Shown here one piece after another: positions 29,043 through 36,980 of a stretch of 64,000 nt of DNA. Numbering within the stretch: the first letter of the stretch is position 1; every line of letters starts with the position of its first letter. This DNA is from an uncultured Chlamydiae bacterium (lineage in GTDB: Bacteria; Chlamydiota; Chlamydiia; Chlamydiales; SM23-39), in the NCBI GenBank assembly GCA_963828125.1, contig CAWHDP010000001.1, positions 288,001-352,000 on the forward strand, given 5' to 3'. The notes under the pieces were generated by a model, which saw only the letters and a program-made list of their open reading frames with translations, did no database searches and had not been told where the DNA came from. Both the position numbers and the translations under genes were made by a program.

Positions 29043-29259
29043 TTTCTCTATAGAAATAGGGGTAAAAGTACCCTCGAAAAAAGACTCTCTTGCCGGAGAA
29101 ATACGGAAATCCAACGGAGTTTGGAAATTCGTCCTTCAGTCATCCAAAACAGAGCCCACACAATTGTGTGTCGGGTTCTCTTTGGAGTGTTGATCCGGTG
29201 ATCCTCGGTATCAAATTCACACTCCTTTTCGAAACTAGCCTGACTTTACAAGTTAACTG

Positions 29260-29292
29260 AAAAAAAAGTCCATTTCTCGAGGAGAAATGGAC
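29260..29292 (-). terminator. Intrinsic terminator after the transposase remnant
   Basis: 11-bp stem GTCCATTTCTC/GAGAAATGGAC followed by T8 on the minus strand. Confidence 0.6.
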
Positions 29293-29313
29293 AGACATGA
29301 TGTATTACCCCTT

Positions 29314-30078
29314 TTAGGTAGCTCCGATACTCGGCTCACTCGCTAAAACATCGCAAATTCCGAAAAGTTCGGCTAGTTTCTTTTGGAGGGGATTCATTCT
29401 GCTCATGGTAAACTGAGTTTTCTGTTTGCTTCCCTGAGGGGCCGAGTAAAGGAGAGCCACTTCTTTTATACCCGACAAGTCATCCAATAATTTTGGAAGA
29501 GAGAGTTCCGTGCCAGCCTCCCACGCCATTTTACGAGCCAAGGTTGCCAATAGCAGAGCCAAGACACAGTAGAGAGAATGTACTTTAATTTTTTGGTCTG
29601 TCCAATGGAACGCTGGCTGCCATCGGAGATACTCCCGATTTTTCATGAGTTTGAAAGCTTCCTCAATATTGGCCAGGTCATGGTAGCAAGAAATGACTTC
29701 CGTAGACAACCAGCTCAGTCTATTCGTGATGAGTAATGTTCTCCCAAGGTGTGTTGCTGTGAGATTTTCCAATCCTTCTCGATTCACAGAGTAGCGTAGG
29801 TTGTAAACCCCGCCGCTCTCGGATCAATCGACCGAAAATACTTTGTCCATATGTTGAGGCGATAGGATCTGTTTGAGCCGCTCTTTAATCTTGGTACCGG
29901 TAGGACGAGGTCCCTTCGGCTTCTTTTCACTGGACCAGGACAACAGGTAATGCTGAAGATTTTTGAGTTGATTTTGACATTTCGTCATACCCGCTGTTAT
30001 TGCCGCAAGCTGCTCAGTGAAAAAGCTCTCTGAATAGGACACCGTGATTACCTCAATTTTATGAGCACTTGCGATCAA
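29314..30078 (-). pseudogene. IS1634-like transposase C-terminal remnant with an internal stop
   Basis: LLITNR...YHDLANIEEAFKLMK...PAFHWTDQKIKVH. Confidence 0.8.
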
Positions 30079-30106
30079 TCATTTTATCTTATTTTTTAGA
30101 GATGAT

Positions 30107-30409
30107 TCAAGTTAATCGTAAATTCAATCCTAAAGCAATCACCAGAGAAACAAGAGTATGCCATTTAGGATTACCCTTTTCTGAAAGAGTTTTGTAGAGG
30201 CTTTCTCTTCCTATGCCCGCTTTTTTTGCGAGATTCCCAACACCACCTTGTGCTTCGGCAACATTGCGAATAGCGACGAGGAAAAGATGTTGAGATTCTT
30301 CATCACCTTTAAGACTTTCTTCTAAGGCAGCATTGAGATAAGCAACGGCTTCATCGTGATCCTTTAGCTTTTCTAAAAGCCACTCTTGATAATTTTTATT
30401 TTTTGCCAT
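30107..30409 (-). CDS. Addiction-module antidote (HI1420-like HTH)
   Basis: AYLNAALEE...GIGRESLYKTLSEKGNP. Confidence 0.9.
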   Translation of the reverse strand: MAKNKNYQEWLLEKLKDHDEAVAYLNAALEESLKGDEESQHLFLVAIRNVAEAQGGVGNLAKKAGIGRESLYKTLSEKGNPKWHTLVSLVIALGLNLRLT

Positions 30410-30737
30410 GTTTTTTCTCCCTCAATTGGTACTCTTTTAAATACTCCTTAGCTTTATTAATGTCCTTGGTTTGCGAACTTTTATCACCACCACAAAGCAA
30501 GAGTACGACCTTATTGCCTCTTTTCGAGTAATAGACTCTAATTCCTGGCCCATAGTGAATTTTCAATTCTGCAATTCCATCACCAAGAGCCTTACAATCA
30601 CCAAAGTTTCCCACTTTTAGGCGATCAAGCCGTGTAAGGATTTTGGCGCGAGTATGCAGTTCCCTTAGGCTTTCAAACCAATCATCAAAAGGGCAGTGAC
30701 CAGAAGCTGTTTCGTAAAGCTCAATCTCGATTTCCAT
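30396..30737 (-). CDS. Addiction-module killer (RelE/HigB, HI1419-like)
   Basis: RLDRLKVGNFGDCK...ELKIHYGPGIRVYY...LLCGGDKSSQ. Confidence 0.9.
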   Translation of the reverse strand: MEIEIELYETASGHCPFDDWFESLRELHTRAKILTRLDRLKVGNFGDCKALGDGIAELKIHYGPGIRVYYSKRGNKVVLLLCGGDKSSQTKDINKAKEYLKEYQLREKKHGKK

Positions 30738-30745
30738 AATTTCAT

Positions 30746-30763
30746 TGTATCCTGCAAGATACA
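30746..30763. promoter_or_regulatory. Candidate TA autoregulatory operator
   Basis: Near-perfect palindrome TGTATCCTGCAAGATACA just upstream of the toxin ATG. Confidence 0.5.
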
Positions 30764-31155
30764 TTATTGACAAAAGGTTTGTAAAAGGCTAAATGTGAAG
30801 TGGTTAAAAATTTATCTTTAAAGCCTAACCAGTCAAAAGTTCGAAGTGTTCCCAGTATCTGGAGTTCTTCTATGAAAAATAGGGACAAAAGAGGACCTCA
30901 AAAAGAAGCCTCAAACAGTCAAATGCCGTAATCTTGCCGGAGTACGGAACTTCCTTAAATTACCCAAGCAGGGTGTCGATTCCGTTCAATTTACGGCAAT
31001 CATTAGAAGGCAACCAAGTAACAGGCAAACTTAGATAGACGATGCAAAGCTTTTTTAGCCTCTGTGCTAAGGGGTTGTCCGGAAATAACTTTTAGAGCTG
31101 CATAGAGAAAAAGTCGCACTTTTCATAGAGTAATGCCAATTCTCACCATGGGTCA

Positions 31156-31217
31156 AAATAGGGGGGTGGGTCACTTTTCAATGTCGAAAGGGGGTCATTT
31201 TACATTGTCGCCTGACA
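31156..31217 (-). mobile_element. Solo left end of the IS21 element
   Basis: Near-exact reverse complement of 6681-6742; followed by an IS3 orfA-like scrap (EILKGEKTATQLAGELGVH). Confidence 0.8.
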
Positions 31218-31353
31218 CGTGGAGCCTTGTAGAGCTTTTCCGTGCAGTGATAGAGATCCTGAAGGGAGAAAAAACAGCAACCCAACTCGCAGGTGAATTG
31301 GGAGTGCACCAAAACTTTACCATTTCCTTACTGAATTTTAACAGCTGGTAAAT

Positions 31354-32136
31354 TTAAGAATAGTGGTATTCCATTTCTTCATTTTTTTTGGGGCCGATCA
31401 CGCGCCAGTTAAGGCGAATGCTATGACGATCCCATAGGACCTGGGCAAGATAGGCGTCTTCTTCGCAAAGATGAGAATCCATGGAAGCTAGGCGATTGCT
31501 ACCCGTGGGAGCCAAATGAAAGAGAAACACGGGACAGCTAGGGCCCAAGCGCAAGTGCTCTAGAGAGATCATTCCCGCTTCTCTATCCAACGTCCAGCGA
31601 AATGTGTTGCTAAACGTCATGTTTTGGTCTTGTCGTATTTGCCACGAACCTCTTTCATGAAATATCAAAATATGATCGCTTTCCCTAGACACGAGAACGT
31701 CTCCCTTCCCTTTTCCGTTCCAACCGGTTTCTTCTTTGGATCGCGATTTTGCGTGGAGAGTCAGTTGCTTCATCGTCTTTAGTTTTTCCCAAAAACCAAG
31801 AAGAAGCGGCTCTTGAATCCGTTTTTCGAGAGTATCTTGCTGAACGAGAGAATAAAGTTTTTTGTCCTGCGGAGAAAGAAGGGTATAGGCTTTTTTTAAC
31901 AGCTGTTCTAGCTCGCTGAGCAAGGGATAAGAGGGATTCAATTGGTAAAGCTTTGTTTTTCCCTCAGAATAGCTGATGATGATCCTTCCCTGCTCTAGCC
32001 GACCCAGCGCATTCTGAAGCGATGTCAAAGGAGTTCTTAAAATTCTTTGAAGCTGCGCTCCGTAACATTTGCTATTCACAAACAGGAAAAGCAAGACTTT
32101 TTGCACATTTTTGTTCCCGCACAGACCTTCTAACAT
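31354..32136 (-). CDS. Winged-HTH plus DUF6314-like protein
   Basis: N-terminal wHTH pattern; C-terminal FHERGSW...HLCEEDAY...WRVIGPKKNE. Confidence 0.65.
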   Translation of the reverse strand: MLEGLCGNKNVQKVLLFLFVNSKCYGAQLQRILRTPLTSLQNALGRLEQGRIIISYSEGKTKLYQLNPSYPLLSELEQLLKKAYTLLSPQDKKLYSLVQQDTLEKRIQEPLLLGFWEKLKTMKQLTLHAKSRSKEETGWNGKGKGDVLVSRESDHILIFHERGSWQIRQDQNMTFSNTFRWTLDREAGMISLEHLRLGPSCPVFLFHLAPTGSNRLASMDSHLCEEDAYLAQVLWDRHSIRLNWRVIGPKKNEEMEYHYS

Positions 32137-32324
32137 AAGAAAATTGACCTAATTTTTAGTTTATAAAATTCCCCTATGCATCTCTGGCATTCGGGCTGAA
32201 CACAGTAGGATGCCACAGAATATGCGTTTTTATAAACTGGTTTTTAGGTTTTATAAAAATCTTTCTAGTTGTCAACCAGATAGACGGACTTTTATCCTCG
32301 TTTACACAAGAGGGGAGATGACAG

Positions 32325-33290
32325 ATGAACGACCGATGCGCTTGGACTAAAGAAGAGATTAGATCGATTCATGACAGCCCCCTTTTGGATTTAATCTATC
32401 GGGCTGCAACAATCCATAGGGCACACCATCCTGCAAACCAAGTGCAGATCTGTTCTTTGATCTCCATTAAAACGGGCGGGTGCCCTGAAGATTGCAAATA
32501 TTGCCCTCAATCAGCTCGCTATCAAACCAATGTCAGTTCAACCCCGCTCATGCAAGAAAAAGAGATCGTTGACATGGCAAAAAAGGCAATTGTGAACGGG
32601 GCCACAAGGGTTTGTCTGGGGGCCGCCTGGCGTTCTGTACGAGATAGCGCTCAATTTGAATTAGTGCTTCGAGCGATCAGGCAAATTACCGATATGGGAG
32701 TAGAAGTTTGCTGTACGCTGGGAATGCTTACAGAATCTCAAGCTAACCGTCTGAAGGAGGCTGGACTTTATGCCTATAATCACAACCTCGATACTTCCCC
32801 AGAGTTTTATTCTTCGATCACAACAACTCGGAAATACGAAGATCGGCTTAAAACTTTGGATGCTGTAGAGGGCGCAGGGATGAGTGTCTGCTGCGGAGGC
32901 ATTATTGGGATGGGAGAGAGTGTTGAGGATCGGGTGGGTCTCATCTACATGCTAGCCAATCGAAATCCTCATCCTGAATCTGTTCCAATCAATCTTTTAA
33001 TTCCCGTGCAGGGAACTCCCCTGCAGGAGAGGTCATTTGTTCCCATTTGGGAAATGATCCGCATGGTCGCAACAGCTCGGATTACCATGCCGAGGGCAAT
33101 GGTTCGCCTGTCAGCTGGCAGGCTTGAGCGTTCTCTAGAAGAACAAGCTCTTTGCTTCTTGGCAGGTGCCAACTCGATTTTTTCAGGAGAAAAGCTTTTG
33201 ACTAGGGCCAATCCTGATTTCGATGAAGACGAGAAGATGCTCCGTCTTTTTGGCCTAAGCCCACGTCCTTCATTTTCGTCTGCCCTATGA
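32325..33290 (+). CDS. bioB: Biotin synthase
   Basis: KTGGCPEDCKYCPQS, YNHNLDTS, PESVPIN. Confidence 0.97.
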   Translation: MNDRCAWTKEEIRSIHDSPLLDLIYRAATIHRAHHPANQVQICSLISIKTGGCPEDCKYCPQSARYQTNVSSTPLMQEKEIVDMAKKAIVNGATRVCLGAAWRSVRDSAQFELVLRAIRQITDMGVEVCCTLGMLTESQANRLKEAGLYAYNHNLDTSPEFYSSITTTRKYEDRLKTLDAVEGAGMSVCCGGIIGMGESVEDRVGLIYMLANRNPHPESVPINLLIPVQGTPLQERSFVPIWEMIRMVATARITMPRAMVRLSAGRLERSLEEQALCFLAGANSIFSGEKLLTRANPDFDEDEKMLRLFGLSPRPSFSSAL

Positions 33291-34360
33291 TGACCACACT
33301 GTTAAAGGCCAGGCTCCAAAAAAGGGAATCTCAAGGGCTCATTAGAACTCTACAGTCCACCACTGGACTCATTGATATGACTTCCAACGATTATTTTGGT
33401 TTTGCCAGGAATTCTCACCAGATCAATAGCGTAGAGGGTATCGGAGCCACTGGATCTCGTCTGTTGACTGGCAATACCCCTTTGTACGAACAACTGGAAG
33501 GAAAAATTGCCCGATTTCATCGAGCGGAAAGCTGTTTGATCTACAACAGCGGTTACACAGCTAATCTCGGCCTTATTTCGACTTTAGGCGTCGAGGATGC
33601 CACGTTTCTCTACGACCTCGAAATTCACGCTTCAATGATCGATGGAATGCGCCTTTCGAACGCAAAAAGCCTTCCATTCAGGCATAACAACGTAGAATCT
33701 TTAGAGGGTAGGCTAAAAAAAGCCACTCCACCTGTTTTCGTGTTAATCGAGTCCGTTTATTCCATTAGTGGTGAACTGGCCCCACTCCAAGAGATAGCCG
33801 CTCTTTGCGTGCGGTATGGAGCGGCTCTCATCGTCGACGAGGCTCATGCGACAGGAGTTTATGGGCCTCAGGGAGAAGGTTTAGTGGTTCAATCAAAATT
33901 AGAGTCATCCGTCTTTGCTCGAGTTCATACGTTTAGCAAAGCGCTAGGAGCTCATGGTGCTTGCGTTCTCGGAAGTCCTCAACTCAAAGAGGTTCTCATC
34001 AATTTCTCGAGGCCTCTGATTTATACCACAGCGCTTCCTCCTTTCGCGATAGTCCAGATCGAATCACAGTATGAAAGGCTTAAAAAAGAGGCAGGGGGCC
34101 ATCAACAGCGCCTGAGAGAGCTAATGGCCTATTTTTATAAAAAGGCATGCATTAGCGGCACTCAAAGCCCTATTCAACCGTTCCCTATCACTGGGATCGA
34201 TCGGGTGCGGGCTCTTTCTAAAATGCTGCAAACGAAGGGACTCGATGTCCGAGCGATTGTGCCTCCAACAGCTGCGCGCGGCAAAGAGTGCTTGCGAATC
34301 GTTCTCCATAGCTTCAATCAAGAAAATGAAATTGATCAGTTCATTGAGGCTCTTGCATGA
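33287..34360 (+). CDS. bioF: 8-amino-7-oxononanoate synthase
   Basis: SNDYFG, GSRLLTG, VDEAHA, TFSKALG. Confidence 0.95.
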   Translation: MMTTLLKARLQKRESQGLIRTLQSTTGLIDMTSNDYFGFARNSHQINSVEGIGATGSRLLTGNTPLYEQLEGKIARFHRAESCLIYNSGYTANLGLISTLGVEDATFLYDLEIHASMIDGMRLSNAKSLPFRHNNVESLEGRLKKATPPVFVLIESVYSISGELAPLQEIAALCVRYGAALIVDEAHATGVYGPQGEGLVVQSKLESSVFARVHTFSKALGAHGACVLGSPQLKEVLINFSRPLIYTTALPPFAIVQIESQYERLKKEAGGHQQRLRELMAYFYKKACISGTQSPIQPFPITGIDRVRALSKMLQTKGLDVRAIVPPTAARGKECLRIVLHSFNQENEIDQFIEALA

Positions 34361-34980
34361 ATCGCATTATCGTTGCAGGCATCCATACGGAAGTAGGCAA
34401 GACGGTCGTCTCAGCTATTTTGGCCGAGGCATTAGATGGATATTATTGGAAGCCAGTCCAGTGCGGACTCCCGGCTGATAGAGATTGGGTAGAAGGGAAT
34501 CTTTCGGCTAAAGGACGTTGCTATCCATCGACCTTTTCACTCTCTACACCTTGTTCTCCCCATTTAGCAGCAAGAAGGGAAAATATTCGGATCAATGCTC
34601 GCGACTTAATTTCTCCAACCCTTGCAGCTCCCTTGATTATAGAGGGAACGGGAGGCCTTCTGGCCCCTCTCAATGCAACGGAAAGCTGGGCCGATGCTGC
34701 CGTTCATTGGAAGGCCCAGTGGGTTCTTGTCCATCGCCACTACTTGGGTAGTCTCAATCACTTTGCTCTGACCATCGAGGCGATGGAAAAGAGAAAAATC
34801 CCTCTTCTAGGAGTGATTTTCAATGGGGAGGGAGATTCTGTCACAGAGGAAATGCTTTTAAAAAAGGCCGCCAGCCGTTGTTTAGGGAGGTTACCATGGC
34901 AAGAACAATTCAGCCCGGCAATTATACGGAGGATCGCCAAAGAATGGAAAGAGACCATTCTCTTAGCCCTTGGGCGCTAA
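34357..34980 (+). CDS. bioD: Dethiobiotin synthetase
   Basis: GIHTEVGKT, WKPVQCG, IEGTGG, LGSLNH. Confidence 0.95.
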   Translation: MNRIIVAGIHTEVGKTVVSAILAEALDGYYWKPVQCGLPADRDWVEGNLSAKGRCYPSTFSLSTPCSPHLAARRENIRINARDLISPTLAAPLIIEGTGGLLAPLNATESWADAAVHWKAQWVLVHRHYLGSLNHFALTIEAMEKRKIPLLGVIFNGEGDSVTEEMLLKKAASRCLGRLPWQEQFSPAIIRRIAKEWKETILLALGR

Positions 34981-36224
34981 GAGACCAGAAGTGTATCTGG
35001 CATCCCTTTACGCAAGCGCAAACAGCTCCGCCTCCGATCCCGATTGTGAAAAGCAAGGGAGCTTATCTATGCGCAGAATCAGGGGAGGTTTACCTCGATG
35101 CTATTTCCTCTTGGTGGGTCAACTTACACGGTCATGCTCATCCATACATTGCTGAAGAAATTTCTGTACAAGCAAAAGAGCTTGAACATGTGCTTTTTGC
35201 GGGATTCACTCATCCTCAAGCCATTACTTTCGCTGAACGGCTTCTCTCCATCCTCCCCAGTGGATATTCACGTGTCTTCTACTCTGATAACGGATCGACA
35301 TCTGTTGAAGTAGCCCTGAAAATGGCTTTTCAGGTCGCGGGCAATGGAAAGCAAATCCTCTCCTTCAAAGAGGCTTATCACGGCGACACGTTTGGCGCGA
35401 TGGCCGCAGCGGGGAAGACCCACTATAATCGCCCTTTTTGGCCTTACTTGTTTTCTGTGCATTCGATCCAACCTCCGCTGCCAGGAAGAGAATCCGAATC
35501 CTGGAGCGCCTTTGAAATAGCCATTAGCACAGGTGAAATAGCAGCTTTTATTTTTGAGCCGCTCATTCAAGGAGCAGGGGGGATGCGCCCCAATTGTGGT
35601 AAAACGTTATCCAGAATGATCAAGGTATGCCAAGCTCAGGGGATCATCACAATTGCCGATGAGGTCATGACAGGATTTGGAAGAACCGGCCCGCTCTTTG
35701 CTTCTAGCACACTCGCTGTTACTCCCGATTTAATCTGCCTTTCCAAGGGAATCACAGGTGGGTTTATCCCCTTGGGGGCTACTGTGGCTAAAGAGTTTTT
35801 ATTCGAAGCCTTTTTGTCCCCGGACGCCACTCGGGCATTCCTCCATGGCCATTCTTATACAGCAAACCCATTGGCTTGTGCAGCGGCGAATGCAAGTCTT
35901 GCTTTATTGCTCCGATCTGAATGTGCAATAGCGAGGGCTATGATCGAGTCAGAGCATCGACAGTTTCAGAAAAAGTGGGGAAAGCACTCCAAATTCATTC
36001 GATGCGATGTAATGGGAACCATTCTCGCAATGGAGTATCGAACGGAAAAAACTTCATATGACCATCCGCTGAAACAATGCTTGATCGAATTTTTCCAAGG
36101 CAAAGGGATTCTTTTGCGTCCTCTTGGAAATGTCCTCTATATCCTTCCCCCTTATTGCATCACCCGCGAGGAGTTACAAAAAATTTATTCTGCCATTGCA
36201 ATCACATTGGAGGAATGGCAATGA
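34944..36224 (+). CDS. bioA: DAPA aminotransferase
   Basis: IWHPFTQ, SSWWVNLHGH, YHGDT, DEVMTGFGRTG, SKGITGG. Confidence 0.95.
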   Translation: MERDHSLSPWALRDQKCIWHPFTQAQTAPPPIPIVKSKGAYLCAESGEVYLDAISSWWVNLHGHAHPYIAEEISVQAKELEHVLFAGFTHPQAITFAERLLSILPSGYSRVFYSDNGSTSVEVALKMAFQVAGNGKQILSFKEAYHGDTFGAMAAAGKTHYNRPFWPYLFSVHSIQPPLPGRESESWSAFEIAISTGEIAAFIFEPLIQGAGGMRPNCGKTLSRMIKVCQAQGIITIADEVMTGFGRTGPLFASSTLAVTPDLICLSKGITGGFIPLGATVAKEFLFEAFLSPDATRAFLHGHSYTANPLACAAANASLALLLRSECAIARAMIESEHRQFQKKWGKHSKFIRCDVMGTILAMEYRTEKTSYDHPLKQCLIEFFQGKGILLRPLGNVLYILPPYCITREELQKIYSAIAITLEEWQ

Positions 36225-36895
36225 CCAAAGGCTTCATCTCTTTTGAAAAAGAGATAGCTGGTTTAATCCGGCAAATAGTACCTGACCCTACTCTCCATGG
36301 ACTTTGGTTAAATACTCTGTCCTACCTCGAAAATTGTGGAGCTCGTAAAATTGCTTCCTGTGAACACCCAACTTTGGTCAAAGAAGAAATGCTCAAGCAT
36401 GCTGCGGAAGAGTTTCGTCATGCTTTTTATCTTAAGACGCAACTTCGCAGGATTGGCACTTCTTATGAAGACTACCGCAGACCCCATCTTTTAGGTGGAT
36501 GGGCGGCGTATCATTATCTCAACGCCCTCGATCTCAAAACTTCTCGCTATCTCAAAACTCTTGGGATCAGCCCCTATCAAATCAAGCAGCTCGCCTATCT
36601 TTTGGTCACTTATGCAATTGAACTTCGCGCAGGCGAACTATATCCCCTCTACCAATCCGCTCTAAAGCAGTGCCAATCGAAAGTGCAAGTGCAATCCATC
36701 CTTTTGGAGGAAAAGGAGCACTTACAAGAGATGGAGCAAGGGTTAAATTTGGTGCCATCATCGTCGTTGTATATTGAAGCTATTTGCGGACTCGAAGCTT
36801 CTCTATTCAAGCATTGGCTCCAGGCCTGCCTCGCGGAGGGAGTGACAAGCGCCATTGCTATGACAAATTGCATTGCTACTCAGGAGTGGTGCTGA
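36221..36895 (+). CDS. Ferritin-like di-iron protein in the bio operon (BioE-like pimeloyl-precursor oxygenase candidate)
   Basis: LSYLEN, EEFRH, AIE, EEKEH ligand pattern; ATGA overlap with bioA. Confidence 0.7.
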   Translation: MTKGFISFEKEIAGLIRQIVPDPTLHGLWLNTLSYLENCGARKIASCEHPTLVKEEMLKHAAEEFRHAFYLKTQLRRIGTSYEDYRRPHLLGGWAAYHYLNALDLKTSRYLKTLGISPYQIKQLAYLLVTYAIELRAGELYPLYQSALKQCQSKVQVQSILLEEKEHLQEMEQGLNLVPSSSLYIEAICGLEASLFKHWLQACLAEGVTSAIAMTNCIATQEWC

Positions 36896-36980
36896 AAGAA
36901 GTTTCCTGAACAACCCATGATAAATAGCTTGGATTTCCTCGGACAATATCGACCTGTAAAATCTCTGTAGGCGAGCCATC

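Noticed and set aside
32269..32308. BirA operator before bioB (TTGTCAACC...GTTTACA)
   Set aside because: Half-sites resemble the consensus but are about 23 bp apart, longer than the usual 14-16; not called
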